Of a stretch of 64,000 nt of DNA, positions 38,177 through 47,854 are shown piece after piece. How positions within the stretch are numbered: position 1 is the stretch's first letter; the number at the start of each line of letters is the position of its first letter. The notes beneath the pieces are model-generated. The model ran no database searches. It was not told where the DNA came from and saw only the letters and a program-made list of their open reading frames with translations. Source of the DNA: Bdellovibrio sp. (GTDB lineage Bacteria > Bdellovibrionota > Bdellovibrionia > Bdellovibrionales > Bdellovibrionaceae); assembly GCA_036677065.1 (NCBI GenBank), contig JAKFBS010000001.1:640001-704000 (forward strand). Reading direction: 5' to 3'. The translations under genes were made by a program, and so were the position numbers.

Positions 38177-39016
38177 ATGAGTTTAAAAGGTGTTTATACA
38201 GCCCTAAGTGGGGCCATTGCCCAGACTCTAAAAATGGATACGATCGCCAATAATATTGCGAACGTGAATACGACTGGCTTTAAAAAAGACCAGCAAACGT
38301 TTAGTGAATATTTGACGGCGATGGAAAAAGAACAAGACGTCATGAAAGTTCCAAGAATGCCGGCGTCGATTGATAGCTTTTACGAACTAAACGGCGGCGA
38401 CAAAGCATTTGTTGATGCAGCCGGTACTTACACTAATTTTGAACAGGGAAGCCTAAAATCAACCGGCGGAAAACTAGATGTGGCTATTGAAGGCGCAGGT
38501 TTTTTCGAAGTTGGAACGCCAAATGGCGTAAAATTAACTCGTGCTGGTAATTTTACAGTTGATGGCAATGGCCAATTAGTTACCAAAGATGGCTATCCAG
38601 TGTTAATGGAACCTGCTGAAGGTACAGATGGCTTGGTAGCAGGTGAAAATTTCGATTCTCGCACAGTTCGTATCAGCGGCACGGCAACAATCAATATTTC
38701 AGATGGTGGCGAAGTTTTCGAAGGTGAAACAAAAATCGGTAAACTTTCTGTAGTTAATGCCGCTAACACCGACGCTTTACAAAAAATCGGCAACAGCTAT
38801 TACACCTTAAAAGAAAATATGAACGCTGAAATCTCTTCGATAAAGGCTCCAAGCCTTAAACAAGGTTTTTTAGAGACAAGTAACGTGAACATCATCAATG
38901 AAATGACAGATATGATTATGGCTCAGCGGGTATTTGAAGGTACGCAAAAAGCGATCAGTGCTTATGACAACATGAGCGATAAACTAATTAATCAAGTCGG
39001 AAATACAAAAGGGTAG
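38177..39016 (+). CDS. flgF: Flagellar basal-body rod protein FlgF
   Basis: ANNIANVNTTGFK, TRAGNF, LETSNVN; precedes flgG. Confidence 0.88.
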   Translation: MSLKGVYTALSGAIAQTLKMDTIANNIANVNTTGFKKDQQTFSEYLTAMEKEQDVMKVPRMPASIDSFYELNGGDKAFVDAAGTYTNFEQGSLKSTGGKLDVAIEGAGFFEVGTPNGVKLTRAGNFTVDGNGQLVTKDGYPVLMEPAEGTDGLVAGENFDSRTVRISGTATINISDGGEVFEGETKIGKLSVVNAANTDALQKIGNSYYTLKENMNAEISSIKAPSLKQGFLETSNVNIINEMTDMIMAQRVFEGTQKAISAYDNMSDKLINQVGNTKG

Positions 39017-39024
39017 GGTAATAT

Positions 39025-39810
39025 ATGTTTAAAAGTTTAAATACAGCAGCCACAGGGATGATAGCGCAACAAAGTAATATCGATGTTGTCGCAAATAATA
39101 TTGCCAATGTTAATACCGCAGGATTTAAAAAATCGCGCGCAGAATTTGAAGACCTTATATATAGTAACCAAAAAGATCCAGGCCAAGCGTCAGGATTAAA
39201 TTCAATTACTCCGACTGGCGTGCAAACTGGACTAGGGGTTCGAACAGCTTCTATTCAAAAAGATTTTGGCACAGGCCAAACTCAGATCACATCTAATCCA
39301 TTAGATTTTCAAATCGAAGGTAACGGTTTTTTCCAAGTGCGCACGCCAGATGGCGAAATTGCTTATACGCGTGATGGTGCCTTTAAAAAAGATGCGACTG
39401 GCAAAATTGTTGATAAAAATGGTAACACATTAATTCCTGAATTAGTCATTCCAGAAACAGCAATGGTTGTTGAAGCGACTCCCACAGGAGAAATTCGCGT
39501 GATTCATCATACAGGTGCAGAGCCTGAAGTGATTGGCCAAATGGAGTTAGCTAATTTTATTAATCCAGCCGGTTTAAAAAGTATGGGCAAAAATTTATTT
39601 ATGCCGACTGCGGCCAGCGGTCAACCAGCGTCAAATCGCCCGGGCACCCAAGGTGTAGGCTTTTTAGCGCAAAACCAATTAGAAACAAGTAACGTAAATA
39701 TCGTTGATGAAATGATTAATATGATCACGGCACAACGTGCTTATGAAACAAATTCAAAAGTAGTGCAAACTTCTGATCAAATGCTTCAAACAGCAGTGAA
39801 TGTTAAATAA
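39025..39810 (+). CDS. flgG: Flagellar basal-body rod protein FlgG
   Basis: NNIANVNTAGFKKSRAEFEDL, YTRDGAF, AQRAYETNSK. Confidence 0.95.
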   Translation: MFKSLNTAATGMIAQQSNIDVVANNIANVNTAGFKKSRAEFEDLIYSNQKDPGQASGLNSITPTGVQTGLGVRTASIQKDFGTGQTQITSNPLDFQIEGNGFFQVRTPDGEIAYTRDGAFKKDATGKIVDKNGNTLIPELVIPETAMVVEATPTGEIRVIHHTGAEPEVIGQMELANFINPAGLKSMGKNLFMPTAASGQPASNRPGTQGVGFLAQNQLETSNVNIVDEMINMITAQRAYETNSKVVQTSDQMLQTAVNVK

Positions 39811-40700
39811 TGAAAAAATTAGTTCTACTTTCTTTATTAATGATTTCGCAAATCGCTTTGGCTAAAAGTGAAATCACTTTATCGTCAGCGATCGAAGTGT
39901 CACCTCGCGAAGTGATCACCGCTTATGATATCGTTGAAAGCCGCAATCTCAATGAATCAGCTTTGTCTGATTTAAAAGACATCGAATTAGGTAACGCGCA
40001 AACTAAGACAATCACTAAACTTGAGATCATTAAAAAATTTCGTGGTTTAGAAGCTAATTTTAGATTGCCTGCTGAAGTTAAAATTTTACGTTCAAAATCA
40101 AACGTGTCACGTTTAGAAATCGAACGTAAAATCATGAATCACTTACTGGCAAAATGCGGAACCTGTGAATACCGCATTCAAATTAATTCAGTGCCACAAA
40201 ATCTATTAACAGACTGGGAATTAGACATGAATGTTGATTTTAACAAATCAACGGTGATGATTCCGGCATTTTCAACTTCAACACCAGATAAAAAAGGCTG
40301 GGTTGTTGTCGAGTTAAAAAAATACGCTGTTGTGCCAGTTTTAACTCGCCCGTTAAAAATCGGTGATGTTATTACAGAAGATGCAGTCACAACTGAAATG
40401 CGCTTAATGCAAAGCTATCAAGACACGATGATGGATGTTAAATCTGTTGTTGGTATGCAAGCCGCACGCTTTCTAACTGCCGGGCAAATGTTAGCTTCAC
40501 GTGATTTAAAACGCGAACAAATTTTAAGAAAAGGCCAAATGGTTAAAGCCATTTTTGGTGCTGATGCTTTAGAGATTTCAATCAGTGCACAAGCCGAAGA
40601 AGGTGGCGCAGTGGGTGATGTGATTAAGGTTAAAAATCTTGATTCACAAAAAATGTTCGCGGCCAAAATTATTGATCGCGGCATTGTTAAAATTGAGTAG
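39810..40700 (+). CDS. flgA: P-ring formation chaperone FlgA
   Basis: Signal peptide, SAF domain, G.VGDVIKVKNLDS; gene order. Confidence 0.88.
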   Translation: MKKLVLLSLLMISQIALAKSEITLSSAIEVSPREVITAYDIVESRNLNESALSDLKDIELGNAQTKTITKLEIIKKFRGLEANFRLPAEVKILRSKSNVSRLEIERKIMNHLLAKCGTCEYRIQINSVPQNLLTDWELDMNVDFNKSTVMIPAFSTSTPDKKGWVVVELKKYAVVPVLTRPLKIGDVITEDAVTTEMRLMQSYQDTMMDVKSVVGMQAARFLTAGQMLASRDLKREQILRKGQMVKAIFGADALEISISAQAEEGGAVGDVIKVKNLDSQKMFAAKIIDRGIVKIE

Positions 40701-40737
40701 TAATTAGTTAATAGTTTTAGTTAGGGAGATTTCACGG

Positions 40738-41562
40738 ATGAAATACTTATTAGTTTTACCTTTATTCTTTACCGGTTGTGCCACTATGTACGATTTTTTC
40801 GGCTTTGACGGACCAAAACAAGAAGTTGTCGTTAAAGAAGAAGTGGTGAAAGAGCCATTAACAAAATATTCTGACATTAATAATTTTGCGCCTGTCTCTG
40901 ACCGCAACTATAAGCGTATGACCAAAGAACGTTTTGAAGAAGACGCCGAATTACATGCGGGTGCTGGTTCGTTATGGGTGATGGAAGGCCAAACAAGTTA
41001 TTTATTTGCGCAAAATAAAAAACGCCGTGAAGGTGATCCTTCAACGTTATTAGTGCAAGGTATGGCATTAAAAGATGTACAAATGAAAGCTTTAGCGATT
41101 AAAGATTTATTAATCGAGTTAGAAAATCAGAAAAAAGAAGCTGAAGCCAAACAGAAAAAAGAAGACGATAAAGTTCAGCGTTTAGCAGATATCGAAAAAG
41201 AGAAAAAATCTATCTTAGCTAAAAGTGAAGCAGATAACGAAGATGCGGCAGCGGTGTTAGCTGAACAGCGTATTGATGCCAGAAAACCTGCATCAGTAGC
41301 GGTTGCTGAAGCTCCAAAAAATCCAGAACTAGAAAAAATTAATTTCAAAGAAATCGAACAAGTGCCTATTAAGATCACTGAACGTTTGCCGGATAACCAA
41401 TACCGGGTGGCGGGGCAACAATTTCTCACGATCAGAAACCGTCCATACAAATTAATCGTTAACGGCACTATTCGCGGTGATGATTTTTCGGATCAAAATT
41501 TCAGTTCAGACAAAATGTTTGACGGCAATTTTGAGTTAGTTCACTTAAAGAAAGCTGAGTAA
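40738..41562 (+). CDS. flgH: Flagellar L-ring protein FlgH (divergent)
   Basis: FTGC lipobox, GSLW, LF....R..GD, G.IRGDD; between flgA and flgI. Confidence 0.78.
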   Translation: MKYLLVLPLFFTGCATMYDFFGFDGPKQEVVVKEEVVKEPLTKYSDINNFAPVSDRNYKRMTKERFEEDAELHAGAGSLWVMEGQTSYLFAQNKKRREGDPSTLLVQGMALKDVQMKALAIKDLLIELENQKKEAEAKQKKEDDKVQRLADIEKEKKSILAKSEADNEDAAAVLAEQRIDARKPASVAVAEAPKNPELEKINFKEIEQVPIKITERLPDNQYRVAGQQFLTIRNRPYKLIVNGTIRGDDFSDQNFSSDKMFDGNFELVHLKKAE

Positions 41563-41567
41563 TTAGA

Positions 41568-42566
41568 ATGAAACAATTAGCTTTAATTATTTTATTAGTA
41601 TCATTAAATGCCACTGCAGCCCGTTTAAAAGATGTCGCCAGCATTCGTGGAGTGCGTGAAAATCAACTGATCGGTTACGGTTTAGTTGTAGGTCTTAAAG
41701 GCACAGGCGACACGCAAGCTGAATTTACCAGTAAATCATTTGCCCGTTTAATTGAAAAACTAGGTGTGCAATTAGATAAAAAAGATATTGTTTCTAAAAA
41801 CGTAGCGGCCGTAATTATCACGGCATCACTTCCGCCATTTGCAAAAGCGGGTAATCCATTAGATATCACGGTCAGTGCCGTAGGTGATTCAAGTTCATTA
41901 GTGGGCGGTACATTATTACAAGCTCCATTACGTGCAGGTAATGACGAGATTTTTGCCGTAGCTCAGGGAGCTATCTCGGTTTTAGGTGATGGTAAAGATG
42001 TGCACACGACAGTTGGGAGAATTCCAAACGGCGCCATGATCGAACGTGATATCCAAGCAGATTTTGCTAATCGTAAAATGTATCGTATGACGTTACATAA
42101 TCCGGATTTCACAACAGCAGCGCGCACTATTCTTACAATCAATAAAGAATTAGGCGGCCAATACGCTTCAGCAAAAGATGCTGGAACAATTGATATCATC
42201 ACGCCATCATCTTACGAAAATAAAGGTGTTGAATTAATGGCAACAATTGAAGCCATTGAAATTAATCCGGATCAAAAAGCGCGCGTGATCATTAACGAAA
42301 AAACCGGAACAATCGTTATCGGTGAAAAAGTTAAAATTTCACGGGTGGGTTTAAGCCACGGTAATATCACTTTAAAAGTGGTCGATGAGAAAACAAAAAA
42401 GCTGACACCGATTGATGATAAAGTTGCTTTATTAGATACCGGTGCAAACGTCGGTGATTTAGTACAAGCTTTAAATAAATTAGGTGTAACACCGAAAGAT
42501 TTAATTTCGATCTTGCAGTCAATTAAGGCTGCTGGAGCCCTTCATGGGGAACTGGAGACTTTCTAA
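41568..42566 (+). CDS. flgI: Flagellar P-ring protein FlgI
   Basis: RENQLIGYGLVVGLKGTGD, INEKTGTIV, IKAAGALHGEL. Confidence 0.96.
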   Translation: MKQLALIILLVSLNATAARLKDVASIRGVRENQLIGYGLVVGLKGTGDTQAEFTSKSFARLIEKLGVQLDKKDIVSKNVAAVIITASLPPFAKAGNPLDITVSAVGDSSSLVGGTLLQAPLRAGNDEIFAVAQGAISVLGDGKDVHTTVGRIPNGAMIERDIQADFANRKMYRMTLHNPDFTTAARTILTINKELGGQYASAKDAGTIDIITPSSYENKGVELMATIEAIEINPDQKARVIINEKTGTIVIGEKVKISRVGLSHGNITLKVVDEKTKKLTPIDDKVALLDTGANVGDLVQALNKLGVTPKDLISILQSIKAAGALHGELETF

Positions 42567-43255
42567 TGTCTGATATTTCCAAGCTAAGTTCAGCACGCTT
42601 AGCGGGTGCTGTACAAAAAGATGATGGAAAACAAGGCGACGCGAAAATTCGCGAAGTGGCAGACATGTACGAAAAGTATTTCATGAAAGAAATGATGCGC
42701 AACATGCGGTCAACAATCCAAGAAGGTGGTTTTTTAAAAGCCAACAACGCGGAAAAAATCTTTCAAGAACAATTAGACGACGAATATTCAACGCAAGGAA
42801 ATCAGCGCGGTGGTTTTGGTGTTTCAGATATGATTTACCAACAGTTAACTGAAAAATTCGGCGCCAAGTTAGGAATTCCAGGTAAGGTTGATAAACCTAA
42901 CGGGCCGATTCCTGCAGATAAAAAAATTAAATTAGAAGAGCTGATGAATTCACCTCAAGCCTCGACATACTTGTTGCACCCTGAGCAAGCCAGTAACGGT
43001 GCAGATAAGAATGTAAACGTGCAGACCCCATGGGCGGGTGTTTTGCAGAATAAGAATAGACATGAAGGTGATAAAACTTCTTACGCCATTAAACACGACA
43101 ATGGCCTAGAAAGTCTCATTATGACACACGGAGCTCCTTCAGCTGAAACCCGTAATTTGTCTCCCGGAGACAAATTAGAGGCCGGACAGTCCTTAGGTCT
43201 GGCAAGTGCGGGCAGCCCTTTAGTATGGAACGTTAAAAAATCTGTCTCAGAATGA
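42566..43255 (+). CDS. flgJ: FlgJ-like rod-binding protein without a muramidase domain
   Basis: E..FMKEMMRNMRST...FQEQLDDEY...GVSDMIYQQL; gene order. Confidence 0.78.
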   Translation: MSDISKLSSARLAGAVQKDDGKQGDAKIREVADMYEKYFMKEMMRNMRSTIQEGGFLKANNAEKIFQEQLDDEYSTQGNQRGGFGVSDMIYQQLTEKFGAKLGIPGKVDKPNGPIPADKKIKLEELMNSPQASTYLLHPEQASNGADKNVNVQTPWAGVLQNKNRHEGDKTSYAIKHDNGLESLIMTHGAPSAETRNLSPGDKLEAGQSLGLASAGSPLVWNVKKSVSE

Positions 43256-43312
43256 TTTGGTTGAGACGTGCAATTATGATACACTATGAGAATATACCCT
43301 TGGAGGTTTTAG

Positions 43313-43666
43313 ATGAAAATTACACATAACAAAGTCGGCCAAAATCTGAATTTAACTGATTCGTCTCGTGCTGATAAATCTAAAAAATCTGAAGCGGCCA
43401 ATTCTTCATCAGCAACATCGCAAACAGAAAAAGCAAACGGTTTACCTTTTGCTGCAAATACAGATTCAGCAAAAGTAGATCTTTCAGCTCGCGCTAAAGA
43501 TATCGCTCGTGCAAAAGAAATCGCGATGGCTTCTCCGGATATGGATCAAGCTAAAATTGAAAAATTTCAAAAATTAATTGATGAAGGTAAATACAAAGTG
43601 GATTCAAAAGCCATTGCAGAACGCATGGTCGAAGAGCACTTAATGACCGGAAAAACTTCAGAGTAA
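43313..43666 (+). CDS. flgM: Anti-sigma28 factor FlgM
   Basis: KVDLSA, KIEKFQKLIDEGKYKVDSKAIAERM. Confidence 0.88.
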   Translation: MKITHNKVGQNLNLTDSSRADKSKKSEAANSSSATSQTEKANGLPFAANTDSAKVDLSARAKDIARAKEIAMASPDMDQAKIEKFQKLIDEGKYKVDSKAIAERMVEEHLMTGKTSE

Positions 43667-43693
43667 CGGATTACAAAAAGAAATAGGTAGACA

Positions 43694-44212
43694 ATGGACA
43701 CTGTCTCTTTAAGAAAATTAGCTTACGAAAAAATGATCGCAAATCTTGATGATATGTTGAAAAACTATCGTCAGTTGTTAGATCTTGTTCGTAAAGAAAA
43801 AGATCTTTTGATCACTTCAAATATTGATCAGTTGAATGAAAATAATAATACCAAAGAGCAAGTGATTATTAAGATCAAAGCCCTTGATGCCACTCGTATT
43901 AATTATGCATCTGAATTGGCTCACTTTGCCCAGGCAGATACAGCCCAGCCCAGATTACTTGAAATCGCTCAAAAAATGGGTGGCGCAGAGGGCGAAAAAT
44001 TACGTACGATGCACGCCGCTCTTGAGATGGTGATTAAACGTTTAAGTGAAATCAACAAAGGCAATGTGATCTTTGCTGAATCAGCACTTAAGACAGTGAA
44101 CTCAGCTTTAGAAAATTTTAAAGAGGCTTTAACGCCGCAAAAAACTTACCAAAAAAAGGGAAAGTACCAGCAAGGTTCTCAAACAGGACACATGGTAAAA
44201 CGCGAAGCTTAG
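43694..44212 (+). CDS. flgN: Flagellar export chaperone FlgN
   Basis: Helical protein between flgM and flgK; TYQKKG C-terminus. Confidence 0.8.
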   Translation: MDTVSLRKLAYEKMIANLDDMLKNYRQLLDLVRKEKDLLITSNIDQLNENNNTKEQVIIKIKALDATRINYASELAHFAQADTAQPRLLEIAQKMGGAEGEKLRTMHAALEMVIKRLSEINKGNVIFAESALKTVNSALENFKEALTPQKTYQKKGKYQQGSQTGHMVKREA

Positions 44213-44273
44213 TCATAAAGACTAAGTTAATTAACCCAGACAACGGATTGTCAGGGTTTAAAAGGGGCAACGG

Positions 44274-45692
44274 ATGGCCAAAATTCATGGAATGATGGAT
44301 ATAGGACGAAGAGCGATGGCGCTGAATCAATCAGCGATCCAAACGACTTCGCACAATATCACTAATAAATCCACTGAAGGTTATTCTCGTCAAAAAGTTG
44401 ATTTCCAAACTAATCCCTCGGTTGGTGAAGGTCGTTATCAAATCGGTACCGGTGTTCGTATGGCGAATATTTCGCGTGTGAACAATCCTTGGATCGAAAA
44501 ACAATTAGAAACAGAAAATTCAAATTTTAGCCGTTTAGATCAAAAAACTCAGGCTCTTACGCGTTTAGAATCGACGATGAATGAACAAAGCGTTAAAGGG
44601 ATGAATGATTCAATCAGTAATTTCTTTAACTCGTTTCGTGAATTAGCAAATACACCTGAATCTGCGGTAGCCCGTACGCAAGTGCGTGAAGCTGGAATGG
44701 GTTTAGTTAAACAGTTTCAAGATGCTCATCGCCAAATCGCGGACGTTAAAGTCGATATGAATAAAAATATCGAGTTTGCAATTGCGCAAGTAAATTCGCT
44801 TGCCAAAGGAATTTCTGGAACAAATGAAAAAATCCAACAAATTGAGATTAATGGATCAGATACGGCCAATGATGAGCGTGATCATCGTGATATGTTACTG
44901 AAAAAAATGTCAGAACTAGTTGATATTTCTTACGCTGAAGATAAAAAAACCGGAATGGTGAATGTGACTGCTGGTAAAGCTGCAGTATTGGTTGCCGGAA
45001 CAACGCACTCACAATTAAAAACAGCTTCAGCACCAAGTGGCCAGATGTTAATTTTGCATGAGTTAAGCCCTGGTGGAAGCCAGTTAGATATCACAGACCG
45101 TTTTACCCAAGGTAAAGTGGGCGCAGCACTTGAGGTTCGCGATCAAACAACTCAAGGCATGTTAGATAACTTAAATGATTTAGCTTATAATATCGCAAAT
45201 GAAGTGAATCGTGCGCACCGTGAAGGTTACGATCGTCAAAACATTGCAGGTTCAAACTTTTTTGAATTAGCTAATCCAACAGAGCCTTTTTCAGTCGAGA
45301 ATTTAAAACTCTCTTCTGAAATCGTAAAAGATGTTAGCCGTATCGCTGCTGCTGCAAAACCAAATGCTCCAGGCGATAACACGGTAGCCAATTTAATTCA
45401 TAATTTACAAGGCCGCCGCATGATGGAAGACGGCAAATACAGTTACGATGACTTTTATAATTCTAAAGTGAGTGAAATCGGTATCTTAACCCAGCGTTCA
45501 ACAAGTGAATTGGATAGCCAGCGTAATACGTTAGAGCAATTAACTAATATCCGTGAATCTATCAGTGGTGTAAGCCTTGATGAAGAAGCGGCTAAACTGA
45601 TCGAATATCAAAAATCATTCGAAGCTTCAGCACGTTTAGTGACTACAGCTGATGAGATGTTTGATACGATCTTAAACTTAAAGAGACTATAG
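44274..45692 (+). CDS. flgK: Hook-associated protein FlgK
   Basis: HNITNKSTEGYSRQ, SGVSLDEEAAKLIEYQ. Confidence 0.94.
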   Translation: MAKIHGMMDIGRRAMALNQSAIQTTSHNITNKSTEGYSRQKVDFQTNPSVGEGRYQIGTGVRMANISRVNNPWIEKQLETENSNFSRLDQKTQALTRLESTMNEQSVKGMNDSISNFFNSFRELANTPESAVARTQVREAGMGLVKQFQDAHRQIADVKVDMNKNIEFAIAQVNSLAKGISGTNEKIQQIEINGSDTANDERDHRDMLLKKMSELVDISYAEDKKTGMVNVTAGKAAVLVAGTTHSQLKTASAPSGQMLILHELSPGGSQLDITDRFTQGKVGAALEVRDQTTQGMLDNLNDLAYNIANEVNRAHREGYDRQNIAGSNFFELANPTEPFSVENLKLSSEIVKDVSRIAAAAKPNAPGDNTVANLIHNLQGRRMMEDGKYSYDDFYNSKVSEIGILTQRSTSELDSQRNTLEQLTNIRESISGVSLDEEAAKLIEYQKSFEASARLVTTADEMFDTILNLKRL

Positions 45693-45702
45693 GAGTTAAA
45701 CT

Positions 45703-46782
45703 ATGAGAGTCTCTGATAAGATGCAACAAGCCCAAGTACTGAATAACTTAAATAAGAATCGTACTGAGCTGTCTAATTTACAAAACCAGGCTTCAAGTTT
45801 AAAAAAAGTGACAAAACCTTCGGATGATCCGACAGGTGTTTCTCGTATTTTGCAAAATCGCACTGATTCATCGAACATGACCCAGTTCGATAAGAATATT
45901 TTCTTAGGAAAATCATTTTTAGAAACCACTGAAACTGTATTAAGCCAAATGGGTGATGTGATTGTTCGTGCCAAAGAGCTAGCTCTGCAAGCGGCCAATG
46001 ATACTAATGCCGGCATGCCGCGAGAGATGATCGCCTCTGAAGTTGAACAAATTTATAATTCGATTGTTGAATTAAGCAATCGCCGTTTCGGTGAAAGATA
46101 TATCTTTGCCGGCCACAAAACGACAGAAGCTCCATTTACCAAAGAGGGTAAGTACACCGGTGATAACGGCCAAATCCAAATTCAAAATTTAGAAGGTCAA
46201 TTCATGCCAATTAACCTTGTGGGTTCGCAAGTGTTCTTAGGTGAAGATTTGTCTTACGGTGGAAACGTTTCGCGTGAACAAAATATTCCGTTAACAGTTG
46301 AAGACTTGCAAAAATTTAAGATCGATCAAATTGAAGCTGAATTCCAAAAAGAAGAAGCGCAAGAGCATCAATTGGAAACGCGCGGACCTGCAAATGTGGG
46401 TTCAGTGCAAAGAATCAGTGAACGTGATCCGATAACAAATGCCCGCGGCGTGAATGTTTTCCAGACAATCATGGGCCTGGAAGCCGCTCTACGCACGAAT
46501 GACAAGCTGGGCATTCAAGAGTCTTTAGACACTTTAGATCAAGCCATGAATCAGGTAAATCTAGCGCGTGCCGAAGTGGGCGGGCGTACAAATCAATTAA
46601 TTGCTACAAGTGAAAGCATCCAACGCGGTATCGTCGATAACAAAGCGTATAACTCGCAAATCGAAGACGCAGATGTATTTCAGGTTATGACAGAAATCAA
46701 TAAATCCAATCAGACCCTAGAAGCTACACTCTCAACTTCACAGAAGTTCATGAGCCAAAGCTTACTTGACTTCTTACGCTAG
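45703..46782 (+). CDS. flgL: Hook-associated protein FlgL
   Basis: KPSDDP, RYIFAG, SLLDFLR. Confidence 0.93.
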   Translation: MRVSDKMQQAQVLNNLNKNRTELSNLQNQASSLKKVTKPSDDPTGVSRILQNRTDSSNMTQFDKNIFLGKSFLETTETVLSQMGDVIVRAKELALQAANDTNAGMPREMIASEVEQIYNSIVELSNRRFGERYIFAGHKTTEAPFTKEGKYTGDNGQIQIQNLEGQFMPINLVGSQVFLGEDLSYGGNVSREQNIPLTVEDLQKFKIDQIEAEFQKEEAQEHQLETRGPANVGSVQRISERDPITNARGVNVFQTIMGLEAALRTNDKLGIQESLDTLDQAMNQVNLARAEVGGRTNQLIATSESIQRGIVDNKAYNSQIEDADVFQVMTEINKSNQTLEATLSTSQKFMSQSLLDFLR

Positions 46783-46901
46783 TCACATTAACTAGACTTC
46801 CGCTGAGTTATGTTTACAGAGATATGAGCCGATAGGTTCGTATCAGTATGATGTTTTGTCTATAAGAGACAATTCAGTGGAAGGAACAAGGAGTTCTATT
46901 T

Positions 46902-47132
46902 ATGCTAGTACTTACAAGGAAGTTAGGCGAGAGCATTGCGATTGATGATCACATCAAGATCCGCGTAGTTCAAATCAAAGGTAAACAAGTTCGTTTAGGT
47001 ATCGAAGCTCCGAAGGACACCAAGATCCATCGCGAGGAAGTTTACTTAGCTATTCAAGATCAAAATCAACAGTCAGTTCAAGTCAGTTCAGATAGAGTTA
47101 AAAACATCTCTAAACTACTTAAACCTGAATAG
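46902..47132 (+). CDS. csrA: Carbon storage regulator / translational regulator CsrA
   Basis: MLVLTRKLGESI...VRLGIEAP...IHREE. Confidence 0.97.
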   Translation: MLVLTRKLGESIAIDDHIKIRVVQIKGKQVRLGIEAPKDTKIHREEVYLAIQDQNQQSVQVSSDRVKNISKLLKPE

Positions 47133-47301
47133 TCCTTTGATCGCTTTTTATTCATAGTTCTCTAGTTCTCCCTTTTTAAGGAAATTTAATAACTTACGGC
47201 GTTAAACGCATAAAAAAATTGATGCCCCACGGTTTTAAGGCCAGTATTGATTAACCGGTTAAGGATGATCGAGTGTCTTAAAAATTAAGCATGGGGGGAT
47301 C

Positions 47302-47835
47302 GTGATAATTAATACGACTCGTTTCGGTCAAGTGAATCTACAACAAGAAGACATTATTACCTTTCCAGAAGGTCTTCTAGGTTTTCAAGACCTTAGAAAT
47401 TTTGTTTTACTCGATGATCCAAATGACGACATTTTTGCGTGGTTACAATCCTGCGAATTACCGTCAATCGCATTTCCTGTATTGGAGCCAGAAATTTTCG
47501 GCCAATACTACTCAGTTAATCTTACTAAAAATGAATTAGAACTTTTAAAGATCAAAGGTGATCAAAAGCCGACATTCATGAACATCATCACTATTCCAGA
47601 TGATCCAACACAAATGACAGCGAACGTGAAAGCGCCAATCGTTATCAATCCAGAAGCTCGTATTGCTCGTCAGTGCGTTCTTCAAGATAACAACTTAGCT
47701 ATCCGTGAGCCCATCTTTGTAAAGCTTCAAAGCCGTGTGGTGCAAAACCCAAACGTATCCATTAAAGCCTTATCACAAGGGCTTTCTTGCGCAGTGAAAC
47801 TAAACAATAAGTCAGAGATTGACCAGTCTTTATAA
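47302..47835 (+). CDS. fliW: Flagellar assembly factor FliW (CsrA antagonist)
   Basis: TTRFG, FPEGLLGF, WLQS, TANVKAPIVIN. Confidence 0.93.
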   Translation: MIINTTRFGQVNLQQEDIITFPEGLLGFQDLRNFVLLDDPNDDIFAWLQSCELPSIAFPVLEPEIFGQYYSVNLTKNELELLKIKGDQKPTFMNIITIPDDPTQMTANVKAPIVINPEARIARQCVLQDNNLAIREPIFVKLQSRVVQNPNVSIKALSQGLSCAVKLNNKSEIDQSL

Positions 47836-47854
47836 AAACTGACATTCTCGTCAG

